DNA of 64,000 nucleotides from Veleropilina oligotropha (Eukaryota): NCBI GenBank assembly GCA_048128005.1, contig JBEUKZ010000032.1, positions 62,001 to 126,000 of the forward strand, read 5' to 3'. Shown piece by piece: positions 9,145 to 17,994 of this stretch (position 1 is its first letter; each line of letters starts with the position of its first letter). The notes under the pieces were generated by a model. It saw only the letters and a program-made list of their open reading frames with translations, ran no database searches and was not told where the DNA came from. The position numbers and the translations under genes were made by a program.

Positions 9145-9576
9145 TTAGGCGAGCTTGTAGGCGACCAACCCGGTCGCAGCCATCCCCAGGATGATGAAGG
9201 TGATCTCACGTCCCTGCTGGCCATCGCTCGGTGTGTAGTAGTCAGACAGCTGGGGCTCAGGGCCACCTCCTATAGCGGTGGGGTCAAGGTTCTTGCCGGT
9301 GATCAATGCATACTCACGGATCGCGGCGTCAACATCCCGGAATGTGCCAATGGCATGACCCTGGCGGCGAAGTTCAACGTTCAGCCAGTCGAGACGCTCT
9401 GCCCTCTGTTGTGACCATTTAGTCTGAGCAGCGTTGAGCTGCTCTACAGCAATGTCGTGGCGTTTACGCTCCGCATCAACACCGGAGCTGCGTAGCTTCG
9501 AGAAGAGGAAGTTCGAGCCGCTGAAGGCGAGGGCGTTGACGAGAGCGCCCCCAACCAGCATCGCAATGGAAGCCAT
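9145..9576 (-). CDS. Putative virion membrane protein (hydrophobic N-terminus, coiled coil, C-terminal TM)
   Basis: MASIAMLVGGALVNALAFSGSNFLF ... ITFIILGMAATGLVAYKLA; conserved in copy 2. Confidence 0.75.
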   Translation of the reverse strand: MASIAMLVGGALVNALAFSGSNFLFSKLRSSGVDAERKRHDIAVEQLNAAQTKWSQQRAERLDWLNVELRRQGHAIGTFRDVDAAIREYALITGKNLDPTAIGGGPEPQLSDYYTPSDGQQGREITFIILGMAATGLVAYKLA

Positions 9577-9607
9577 TGAAATGCTGCGATTATCTAGCAA
9601 GGTCCCA

Positions 9608-9847
9608 CTACTTCAATATATCGGCCGGAATGATGCCTTGCTTGATCAGCATGTCTTTCGTCGCCATGGCGAGCGCTACGTCGAGGACGACCATCCCGAC
9701 ATCGTAGCCCGTGAAGTCCAGTTTGGGGCTCGCTCCCTTGAATACCATCTTTGTCAGGCGTGCGTAGCCAATGGCGAGGCCTGACACTATAGCGGCGTGG
9801 TATACAGCGTTGCCGAGCATCTTTCCATCAGTGATTGGGGTAGTCAT
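9608..9847 (-). CDS. 79-aa hydrophobic protein (two amphipathic/TM helices)
   Basis: Conserved ORF in both copies (62503-62742) with the same start and stop. Confidence 0.75.
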   Translation of the reverse strand: MTTPITDGKMLGNAVYHAAIVSGLAIGYARLTKMVFKGASPKLDFTGYDVGMVVLDVALAMATKDMLIKQGIIPADILK

Positions 9848-9872
9848 AACTGTTGATTAGTACCGTTTGCGA

Positions 9873-10364
9873 CTATTGCATATGAAAAGGGTTCTGCTTC
9901 TTCAATTCGATAGTGGGGGCGGCCCGAGGCTGCCTAGCGTCCGCGTCTGGTGGCTGTTGATGTGGTGTGGATGGACCAGGGTTGCTGCGTTCTGAGGACG
10001 TCTTCCAGACAACAAATACCAACGCAACCGTACCGGCAGCGACGGCTACCTGGGTCCAATTAAATAGGTCCGATTTCCGTGTATCTGGCGCACGCGGTCT
10101 TTCTGCGGCTGGAACCGCCTCCCCGGGCTGTTCTGATGGAACGACAACACTTGTTGGGGCACTCAGGTCTTCTTTCATTTTTCGAACCGCGGCCAGTAGC
10201 TTCTCCTGCTTGGCTTTTCGAGCAGCAGCGCCGGCCCTCCCTGCAGCCACTTTTTTCGGGTCCTTTTTACTCACTGATGAGTCCGTCGAAGAAGTCACCC
10301 TCTCTATCGGCTGGCTCTCGATCGGCTGGCTCTCGATCACTTGGTCCACTTCCAGCGTTGTCAT
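9873..10364 (-). CDS. Basic/low-complexity protein with a single TM segment
   Basis: KKDPKKVAAGRAGAAARKAKQE, WTQVAVAAGTVALVFVVW and C-terminal QNPFHM are conserved in copy 2 despite divergent linkers; start codon uncertain (10364 or 10406). Confidence 0.7.
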   Translation of the reverse strand: MTTLEVDQVIESQPIESQPIERVTSSTDSSVSKKDPKKVAAGRAGAAARKAKQEKLLAAVRKMKEDLSAPTSVVVPSEQPGEAVPAAERPRAPDTRKSDLFNWTQVAVAAGTVALVFVVWKTSSERSNPGPSTPHQQPPDADARQPRAAPTIELKKQNPFHMQ

Positions 10365-11034
10365 CTTGATCTCGCCCTCGCTCTGGTATCTTAGGCGGGC
10401 AAACATGTCCAAATTGGCAGTGCTTAGCCGTGGTCAACGCTGCGGTCAGCGGTGCGAGGTACATGCCATATTTATAATACAGCTCACAGCTTGCAGTGGT
10501 CAGGGCATGTGAGATGAACGGGTCGGCCTCCAGGTCGGCGATCAGTCGTAGCTGGTTTGCTGGTGGAATGGGCAGGAACATCCCAGCTGCCCCTGCGTAG
10601 AGATGAATAGCTGAAGTCCCCAGAGTCTTCGTCACATCGGCACCGAGTTTCGCTTCATACCTCGCGTGGTGCTTTTCGACCTCGTCGTCAGTCATGTCGT
10701 CTATCCGGTCCACTGTGAGGTTACGCCCCATGTATCGGTGGGCCTGTCCTCCAACGGCTAAGGCTGCAAGCCTCTCACGCTTTGCCGCGCAAACGGAACT
10801 TGCGACTCCACTGTTACTGACAGGTTCCTTGCCATCGGGAGTCAAGCGACAGCTGTTGATGGTCGTTTCTTGTTCGTCATCCATGAGTTGATCGATGAGG
10901 CTGTCCATCCTGAAGCATTTCCAACATCGCCTCACCGGTCTAATATAACTGTAAATCCAATACCACAATGTAGCGAGTAGGAGCAAGATCAGGCTCTGGC
11001 TGAAAGCAAAAGCTAGATATACAGCGTCCGACAT
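10267..11034 (-). CDS. Conserved hypothetical protein with N-terminal TM/signal anchor
   Basis: MSDAVYLAFAFSQSLILLLLATLWYW...KRERLAALAVGGQAHRYMG...; homolog 61323-62066. Confidence 0.75.
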   Translation of the reverse strand: MSDAVYLAFAFSQSLILLLLATLWYWIYSYIRPVRRCWKCFRMDSLIDQLMDDEQETTINSCRLTPDGKEPVSNSGVASSVCAAKRERLAALAVGGQAHRYMGRNLTVDRIDDMTDDEVEKHHARYEAKLGADVTKTLGTSAIHLYAGAAGMFLPIPPANQLRLIADLEADPFISHALTTASCELYYKYGMYLAPLTAALTTAKHCQFGHVCPPKIPERGRDQDDNAGSGPSDREPADREPADREGDFFDGLISE

Positions 11035-11075
11035 GCGAGAGCTTGCTGGGCAGCTACTTAGCATCTGCTGGGTAG

Positions 11076-11708
11076 CTATAGCACACTATAAGCAACGGGC
11101 TGATCAGTTTTCAACAGAAGCTTAGCGTGTCGTGTCTCGGCCAACAGCCGGCGAACCTCGGTCCGTTCATCCTGCGACGGGATTACATCGTTCTCGCGCA
11201 GACAGTCCTCGAAACTGTCGCGGTCCTTGCAATGGAACAGCGCGACCCAGCGGGTCTGCTCTCTGAGCTCCTTCAAGACCGAGTTGTACTTTTGCGTCAC
11301 TACCCATACGCTCTGGGAAGCATGCCTGCCGCTGAAGGCCAACAAAGTCAGCATGTCCCGTTTTTTGGCGAGGGCTTTGCTGGCGGCGCAGTCGTCGATT
11401 ATGTACAGAGTCGACTCCCCCTGAAACAGCCGGTAGAACCCCCGCAGCCAGTCATGGAGTCGCTCACCCGGGGGGACTAAATACACCTCAGGGTCGGTCC
11501 AGATCCACGGACAAGACTGGTATGCCTTGTTGAACTTGATCGTGGGGCAGAGGATCACGATATGCCGGAAGACGCCTCGATACTCCCCTTCCAGCAGTTC
11601 AAGCATGAAAACCGTCTTCCCACAACCGGTCTGGCCGCAGATGATTGCGGAGTGGGGGTCCTTGGTGTGCGGAAATCGTTTAGTACAGTGCTTCGACGAA
11701 TCGGCCAT
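11076..11708 (-). CDS. A32/FtsK-HerA-like genome packaging ATPase
   Basis: Walker A GQTGCGKT, Walker B LYIIDD, arginine finger SGRH, sensor VVTQ; adjacent to the capsid gene. Confidence 0.92.
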   Translation of the reverse strand: MADSSKHCTKRFPHTKDPHSAIICGQTGCGKTVFMLELLEGEYRGVFRHIVILCPTIKFNKAYQSCPWIWTDPEVYLVPPGERLHDWLRGFYRLFQGESTLYIIDDCAASKALAKKRDMLTLLAFSGRHASQSVWVVTQKYNSVLKELREQTRWVALFHCKDRDSFEDCLRENDVIPSQDERTEVRRLLAETRHAKLLLKTDQPVAYSVL

Positions 11709-12981
11709 TCTCGATATTCAGCTGTGCGTCCATGATCACGAACTCGTAGACGTTCAGTGGACCGGCCGCTTCGGCTGTTTTAGTGATCTGAATAGTAATG
11801 CCTTCGCTGGCGTTCTCGACCCTCCGGCCTGACCCGTGCAACTGATCGTCGTCAGTTACCCGCATATCGATCCAGAGCGCAAATTTCTTAGTCAGAAATT
11901 CGCCCAGGGTGACGTCTGCCATCTCCAAGTCCTTTGCGACCATCGCGACCTCAGGATGCCGCTTGCTGCTGCCGGAGGCAAACATTTTCTTGGCTTCTTC
12001 CCAGATCTGGTATGTTCGCATGCCCTGGCTGTAGATTTGATTCGGGACACCCTCGATTGTGACCTCGACCTTTGTGATCTTCGGATTATAGAAGGCCTCA
12101 GTATCGCGAGAGAATGGCGCGGCGTCTCTCGCAGGGTCCTTGAACAACAGTAGTATTCCTTTCATCGACCTCGCCGGTACGTTCACATTCATATTCCACA
12201 ACGAGTCGCTCTTGTCTAGGGTGAGCTTCCGATGCCGGAGAACACGGTCGTACAGGATTACGAGTTGACCCTGGTATTGATTTCGAATCCGTCTGGCAAG
12301 CTCGGATTGGGTTACCATGTCATATTCGAGGGATATATTGTCGATGGAATAGCTGGAACCGGAGTCGTCCGTATCCCGGATAGTCCGGGAGTAGTCGTTG
12401 AACGTTAGCTCATACTCGAGACGGTCTCCAAGGGCGCTTTGATAGAATGGCATGTGACTTTCCAACAGCTCGAAATCCAGCGGGATGCAGAATCGGTTAC
12501 CGTACGCGGCCGCGACCGCGACATCCTCAGACAGTCTGAAGGGGTCTGCCGTACCAACACGATGCTTCGTAGTGTTGTGTCCATCGCTGGTATCAATCCC
12601 CTGGTACTGGGCGTTCTTGCGCTCCCCTGTGGTCTTCCAGAGATCGCAGTAGCAGTGGTACACGTCGGAGTCGTCAATCGACATGATCTCGTTTCCACTT
12701 ATCTTTATCGTGGTCTTTCTGATCACGGCACGGCCGATATTTTGCACTACAGTCCTATTCGCATTTACCGAGGTCAGAGAGATGGTAAATGCAAGGTGGG
12801 CAGTCCCTGGAACGATCACGTCATTCGCCCCGAGATTAGGGAACCGAACCAGGAGCTGCTGGTTGGCGGAAATCGTTGATGGATTGTTTGTAATCGTGAC
12901 CGACTGGCGGATGCCCTTGACCGCGAGGGGCTCACGCAGTCTGCGGTATGGATTAAGCTTGCGTCCGTATACGCTGGCCAT
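11680..12981 (-). CDS. Putative major capsid protein (double jelly-roll), 433 aa
   Basis: Beta-strand-rich protein of MCP size next to the ATPase. Start MASVYG at 12981 is supported by copy 2 starting at the equivalent Met (59361). Fold is inferred, not computed. Confidence 0.8.
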   Translation of the reverse strand: MASVYGRKLNPYRRLREPLAVKGIRQSVTITNNPSTISANQQLLVRFPNLGANDVIVPGTAHLAFTISLTSVNANRTVVQNIGRAVIRKTTIKISGNEIMSIDDSDVYHCYCDLWKTTGERKNAQYQGIDTSDGHNTTKHRVGTADPFRLSEDVAVAAAYGNRFCIPLDFELLESHMPFYQSALGDRLEYELTFNDYSRTIRDTDDSGSSYSIDNISLEYDMVTQSELARRIRNQYQGQLVILYDRVLRHRKLTLDKSDSLWNMNVNVPARSMKGILLLFKDPARDAAPFSRDTEAFYNPKITKVEVTIEGVPNQIYSQGMRTYQIWEEAKKMFASGSSKRHPEVAMVAKDLEMADVTLGEFLTKKFALWIDMRVTDDDQLHGSGRRVENASEGITIQITKTAEAAGPLNVYEFVIMDAQLNIENGRFVEALY

Positions 12982-13017
12982 GGCGGAATTAGATGCGTAT
13001 CCCACTGATGTATTCAA

Positions 13018-14334
13018 ATGGCGGAATTCGAGAACCCCGCATTCGAGCCTGACGATCTCATCGACAACGATGATACCATCGTCGACGATATTGATGTGGA
13101 TAGATCCACCGACCGGTTTATGCCTGTTCTTTCGGAACGGCCACAGGAAGGAACCAGCAGTCTGCGGCAAGAGCTCGTTCAGGGCGTGGTTGACGACTAC
13201 TACAAAGCCCTGGCACAGGAGGGGCAGACCCCAGCCGCAGGGCGACATTATTCAAAATTCAAGTACGTGGCGGGAAAATTAGGGCGGGGGGGGAAATTGA
13301 TGATGACGGACCACCCCGACATCAATCTCATCAATTCTCGCACCGGCAACCCCTTGTCGTTGTCAACAATAGCTGGCCGGCCTGGTGGGGGTGATGCCAT
13401 CCGAGATCTGGGTTTTGTAAACTGGAAGCGGGGAGGGGGGGGACAAAAGCTGTCCTCAAAAGCGGTTGCAGCTGTTCAGGCAGCCGACACTGAGTTGAGC
13501 GGTGCTGCGGCGAACGTCGAAAACGTAGAACTGCGGGACTTGGGGCAGACTGCTACTGATGCCTCGGTAGCAATCCACACGATGGAGACGGAATTCACGG
13601 ATACCGAGGTTGAAGAGATCTTAGGCACAATGGGGGACCCTCCATTAAACCTCCGCGAGCTTCGCGGACTTGACAAGGCGATGCAGACCATTCGAGGCGA
13701 GCTCACTAACAATCTAGCCAAACTAACGGCGCTGGACGAACACATAGAGCTGGAGAAGAGCAAGCTCGATCGGGCCGATGAAGAGGGCGGTGTGGATGAG
13801 TTTATTCGTCGACGGATCGCGGAACGTCTGCGCAACTCAAACGATGAACGAGCAGCTCGCCTAGAGGCAGCCTCATCAAGCCGGGACGCCCTACGCTCTC
13901 AAATCAGCCGGATCCGAGAGATGCTAAATCGGATACTCCACTCAGATACCACGCTGGCCGAGCGTATTCGGACCCTCTTCCGAGAGCAAGGGGTTACGAT
14001 CGCAACCATACTGACCGCTATTGGGTTGGCCATCTCGACTTTGGTACTAGCCCTGACAGGCGGAGCGCCGAGCATACCACAACCACCATCACCTCCCAGT
14101 GGTCAGGGCGGGGTCAAGGAGTGGGTCAAAAAGCAGCTGCAGAACCTGGGAAGGATTCTAGGCAAACTAGCAGGGAAGGCCGCAGCCGCGCTCCCAGGAA
14201 TACTTGGAAGCCTGGTCTCCTGGCTAATCAACCTGATTGGCAAGACAGCATCGTGGCTCGCTGAAAACCTATGGGCACTGGTCATATCAGTTGGGGGCTT
14301 GCTTCTTATTGCCGCTAGACAGTGGGTCACGTAA
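13018..14334 (+). CDS. 438-aa coiled-coil protein with C-terminal hydrophobic/amphipathic helices (putative membrane-active virion protein)
   Basis: Acidic N-terminus, long heptad region, TM ITILTAIGLAISTLVLAL-like segment, Pro linker, amphipathic helices and terminal TM; conserved in copy 2. Confidence 0.8.
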   Translation: MAEFENPAFEPDDLIDNDDTIVDDIDVDRSTDRFMPVLSERPQEGTSSLRQELVQGVVDDYYKALAQEGQTPAAGRHYSKFKYVAGKLGRGGKLMMTDHPDINLINSRTGNPLSLSTIAGRPGGGDAIRDLGFVNWKRGGGGQKLSSKAVAAVQAADTELSGAAANVENVELRDLGQTATDASVAIHTMETEFTDTEVEEILGTMGDPPLNLRELRGLDKAMQTIRGELTNNLAKLTALDEHIELEKSKLDRADEEGGVDEFIRRRIAERLRNSNDERAARLEAASSSRDALRSQISRIREMLNRILHSDTTLAERIRTLFREQGVTIATILTAIGLAISTLVLALTGGAPSIPQPPSPPSGQGGVKEWVKKQLQNLGRILGKLAGKAAAALPGILGSLVSWLINLIGKTASWLAENLWALVISVGGLLLIAARQWVT

Positions 14335-15598
14335 GCCAAATGAACGCTAGGCCAACGACAATGCCGCCCACGATAAGTGCGGTTTTATCCTCGTCATGTT
14401 TGGTTGCCCCAGCTGAAACAGCTGCCACAGCCGGCAGAGAGCCACGATGCTTCGGAGTGACCGCATCTGCGGGTAAGACGGCGTCTTGTGGGATGACCAA
14501 TCCTGTTTCTCCAGTCTCCCCAGTGGCGTTGAGCGGCACAGGATTGGCCGCGTTGACCGTAGTATTAAGACCTAGGGTCTGGGCTTCCGTGGCAACGACG
14601 ATTTCGTTGTTATACCCAGCCACATGCCCTACCCGAAGGAGCATGTCACTTGGCGCCATGTAAAGGCCGACGCCGAATACGAAGTCTACTTTAGACCTGG
14701 CATACTGCAAAACGTCCTGGTACCGTTGGATGGCTGCAGGGAGGTCCACTGGCGATGCGATGGCGTCTTCGACGTTTGACAGAAATTGCTTTTGCGCGTC
14801 GAATGCGGTACCACTCCCCAGAATACTTGTGCGTGTCTGAGCCTGCGCTCCAAGAATCGCCCAGACATAGGTCCTAATGGAATCATTGAGCCTCTCCACG
14901 CCGGCCTGGGTGAATCCCACCGACTTGTCCAGAATAAAAGTAGCCCACGAAGTGCCTGCATCCTGTGCTATATAGTCCACATGTAGGTCCTTCGTTTTGG
15001 CGAAGGACATCCAGCTGGGATCGTAATCCTTTCCGATGGAGTGGTATCCGTTGTTCGTCCAGTAGTTGTAGGCAGTGCCGAGCCCTTTATTGGGACCCTT
15101 GACATGCCAGTCGGTATGGGGAGAGACTCCAAACTCGCTGCAGATCTTCTCATATGCTCTTCGATCATACTGAGTGTCGAATGCGTCCCACGTCCTGTCT
15201 TGTGGCAGCGGCGCCTGAATCTCGGTCAAGATCCTTCTGACCTGATAGTAGACGTGGAAGGTGAATACAGCAGTGGAGAGGGGGGCTGCAGTAGCATTCA
15301 AGTGGTCTTCTGAGGAGATACCGGAACCTGTTGTGGCACACCAAACTGCGAAATTGACTTTGTTCTGCCAGAACCGCATCGGCGTGGTCTGCCAGGCCCT
15401 TATCAGCCCGTCACTAGCGACGTGAGGGAGGCGGTATTTCTGAAAGACGTCGGGGTATGTTGCCCCGAATGTCGTGGTTGAGCCATTACCCACATTGATG
15501 CTTGGTCTCGTAAGCTGCTCATCTTTGATCTTTGCTGGGTACACCACACCGGTCGGATAGGCCGCACTCCTATTGAATACAAAGGCGCTCTTAGCCAT
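14327..15598 (-). CDS. 423-aa conserved hypothetical protein with C-terminal TM anchor
   Basis: Long ORF conserved in copy 2 (56761-58032); ends TALIVGGIVVGLAFIWLT; 3' end overlaps the convergent 438-aa gene by 8 nt. Confidence 0.8.
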   Translation of the reverse strand: MAKSAFVFNRSAAYPTGVVYPAKIKDEQLTRPSINVGNGSTTTFGATYPDVFQKYRLPHVASDGLIRAWQTTPMRFWQNKVNFAVWCATTGSGISSEDHLNATAAPLSTAVFTFHVYYQVRRILTEIQAPLPQDRTWDAFDTQYDRRAYEKICSEFGVSPHTDWHVKGPNKGLGTAYNYWTNNGYHSIGKDYDPSWMSFAKTKDLHVDYIAQDAGTSWATFILDKSVGFTQAGVERLNDSIRTYVWAILGAQAQTRTSILGSGTAFDAQKQFLSNVEDAIASPVDLPAAIQRYQDVLQYARSKVDFVFGVGLYMAPSDMLLRVGHVAGYNNEIVVATEAQTLGLNTTVNAANPVPLNATGETGETGLVIPQDAVLPADAVTPKHRGSLPAVAAVSAGATKHDEDKTALIVGGIVVGLAFIWLT

Positions 15599-15602
15599 AG
15601 CT

Positions 15603-16313
15603 ATGTTTCACACATTAACAAACGTTCAAGAGGGGACCGCGGTTGCCCTCCTGGAGCCGATTGATAACCGGGAATGCAAGAAACTACGTGTCAGCTTGCA
15701 GTCGCTCGACTACTGGGTAGGCTGGCACAACGTGCATGCCGGAGCCTTCTTTAAGACCCCGGATACCACAGTGGACGTGGCACCAGGTTTCTACAGCTTC
15801 GATGCCCTCGCCAAGACTCTGAAGAGGTCGCTAGGTACCATACGGCTAACTGTAAGCCATTCTACAGGGCTCGCGCAACTCGTGGTCCCAGAGGGGACTC
15901 GACTCGCGATCAGCGCCGATATACGGGAGCTCCTCGGCTTCACCCTTGCAGGGTGGTGGCTACTTATGATTTATGACAAGAACAAGCCTGCAGATGAGCC
16001 GCAATGGCTACGCCCTGGGACTTATGATGGGAACAAGCCTGTCGGGTTTGCCATAGCGCCGACCCTACACGTTCACCTGGAACAGCTCAGTACAACACAC
16101 AATGTGAAGGACGGCGCCCCGAGCAATATTCTCGCGGTGGTCCCTATAACGTCGCAGATATTCGGTGAGGCTGGCCACTATCATAGCTATCCCGCCGGCC
16201 GGCGACTACAGGCCGGGCTAATCACAGAGTTGAAGGTGTACGTCACAGACGCAGATGGTAACCTGCTAGACAATCACGGCATGCCTATTTCCGCAGTCCT
16301 TGCAATACAATGA
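15603..16313 (+). CDS. Putative minor capsid (penton, single jelly-roll) protein
   Basis: W-H-N-V...PGFYS...SNILAVVP...ITELKVYVTD.DG.LLD..G.P pattern typical of Polinton/PLV pentons; ATG 15603 matches the copy 2 start. Confidence 0.75.
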   Translation: MFHTLTNVQEGTAVALLEPIDNRECKKLRVSLQSLDYWVGWHNVHAGAFFKTPDTTVDVAPGFYSFDALAKTLKRSLGTIRLTVSHSTGLAQLVVPEGTRLAISADIRELLGFTLAGWWLLMIYDKNKPADEPQWLRPGTYDGNKPVGFAIAPTLHVHLEQLSTTHNVKDGAPSNILAVVPITSQIFGEAGHYHSYPAGRRLQAGLITELKVYVTDADGNLLDNHGMPISAVLAIQ

Positions 16314-16681
16314 GCAGCATCTACGGGACCCTCCCCCTACCCCACCCACCTCTGCTTGCAGATGAGCCCTCTTCCCCCCCGACCCGGTGGCACTTTGTCC
16401 TTAATTGTGGGGTAGCGCCCAATAAGGGGCTGGCGAGGAGGGAGTTCATGTTTCCAAACACTAGAGGTCGGTTCGGGTTGAACCCAGCCCTTCTAATGAT
16501 CCACCTGACGCCGGTCCAGCCGGCCGGGGGCCCCAAAGCATGTTCCATCAGTAAGCTTGGCCTGAATTCGGACTGGTTGACCCTCGCCTTTGCCATCAAG
16601 GCCCCGTGGGTCGGCACTCTGTATTTGAACGTTACGGCAGACAAGGGGAATCAACCGGCGGAACAATACAACCACGTATAG
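16310..16681 (+). CDS. 123-aa hypothetical protein
   Basis: ATGA overlap with the penton stop; homolog 55690-56052. Confidence 0.7.
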   Translation: MSSIYGTLPLPHPPLLADEPSSPPTRWHFVLNCGVAPNKGLARREFMFPNTRGRFGLNPALLMIHLTPVQPAGGPKACSISKLGLNSDWLTLAFAIKAPWVGTLYLNVTADKGNQPAEQYNHV

Positions 16682-17314
16682 ATGGACAACACACCCTCAG
16701 CGCCAATGCTGTACCCACAGCTTGGTGGCGATGGGATTTCGGAACTGCATGAGGCACAGTCTTTCCGACTACAGAAAGTGAATGAGCTTCAGGGACAATT
16801 AGAACGAGAGAGGGACACACGGGCTGCACTATATAAAAAATACCGCCGAGGTGTTAACGTCGTTGACGGAATAGATAACGGACTAGTCGTCGCCACACTT
16901 GGTATGGGTAGCGCTGGAATTGGTCTACTGTCCACAATTGTAGCCGCCCCGGTCGTCCTAGTGCTGGAATTAGCGGCATTAGGGTGTGGGCTCGCCAGTA
17001 TGGGTGGGAAATATATCAGCCGGCGCCTCGGGGTGAAGGCTAAGAAACACGACGAGATTCGAGTCCTGGCCGACAGCAAGCTGAATACCATAACCGACCA
17101 CGTCTCAAAGGCCTTATCAGATGGGGTGATGTCTGATGATGAATTCCAACTGGTCACAGGGGAGATGGAGAAATACCAAGCCATGAAGGCATCAATCCGG
17201 GATAAGAGTAGGAAGGCGCACACCGCGATTTCACAGACCCAAAGCGAGCTTATTGAGCGTGGCCGTAAAGAGGGTCGCGCAGAGCTGCTGAAAAAAATCG
17301 GAGCTGGCGACTAA
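16682..17314 (+). CDS. 210-aa coiled-coil/hydrophobic-hairpin protein with N-terminal PSAP and LYPxL motifs
   Basis: MDNTPSAPMLYPQL; FRLQKV; hydrophobic GLVVATLGMGSAGIGLLSTIVAAPVVLVL; conserved in copy 2. Confidence 0.8.
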   Translation: MDNTPSAPMLYPQLGGDGISELHEAQSFRLQKVNELQGQLERERDTRAALYKKYRRGVNVVDGIDNGLVVATLGMGSAGIGLLSTIVAAPVVLVLELAALGCGLASMGGKYISRRLGVKAKKHDEIRVLADSKLNTITDHVSKALSDGVMSDDEFQLVTGEMEKYQAMKASIRDKSRKAHTAISQTQSELIERGRKEGRAELLKKIGAGD

Positions 17315-17396
17315 CTATCCAGGTTGAGCGTAGCCACGACTACCCCCCTCCTCCCCCGTATTAAAGCTAGAAATCGACAGTGATATCTGGACAACC

Positions 17397-17828
17397 ATGA
17401 AATCCATGAAATCTATGCTACTGTGCATTGTCGCGGTGTGCTGGCTAGGGGGTGTTTCTACCCAGGCGTCGACACACAACACTGCATTAATTCTGGAACA
17501 TACGTGGACTAGGTACCGAAATCATCCCAGGTATAACGCCCGATTTGACCCCTTGCGTAGAAACTTGCTTCTTCGCCCGGGTAGAGACCCCACCCCTGAT
17601 GTCTCCCCACCCTCGTGCCACTATTTTATTATCGGAGAAAATGACTGTAGCCCTGCCACACCCCCAGATACTGTCACATGTGTCCAGTGTTCGACCCCCT
17701 CCTTATGTCCTGGCAAGAATGGGGAGTATTATACCATGCTGTCTGGCTGCTTCGGTGTGTGGAGAAAGATCGGGCACATCTCGCCCTGTAATTGCACTTT
17801 AATATCGGGCAACTATATATTCATATAA
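17397..17828 (+). CDS. Secreted Cys-rich protein (signal peptide, 8-Cys C-terminal domain)
   Basis: MKSMLLCIVAVCWLGGVSTQA signal-like N-terminus; 8 Cys in the last about 70 aa; same length and Cys pattern in copy 2. Confidence 0.75.
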   Translation: MKSMKSMLLCIVAVCWLGGVSTQASTHNTALILEHTWTRYRNHPRYNARFDPLRRNLLLRPGRDPTPDVSPPSCHYFIIGENDCSPATPPDTVTCVQCSTPSLCPGKNGEYYTMLSGCFGVWRKIGHISPCNCTLISGNYIFI

Positions 17829-17994
17829 AACAGCTGCTTGGGAAATGTCTTGCCTTGCCTTACACTATTTTCAGGTCACAGCTGTTTATATAAATGCCCA
17901 TTAGGCCGTCTACTGTCGTTTCATTCATGCCCGAGTTATGAATGACACCAGTCGTTAAAAGCGTGCGTCACTGGCGTTCAGCCGTCTACTGCTG

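Noticed and set aside
12982..13248. 89-aa N-terminal extension of the 522-aa ORF
   Set aside because: Antisense to the 438-aa gene and absent in copy 2, whose MCP starts at the Met equivalent to 12981.
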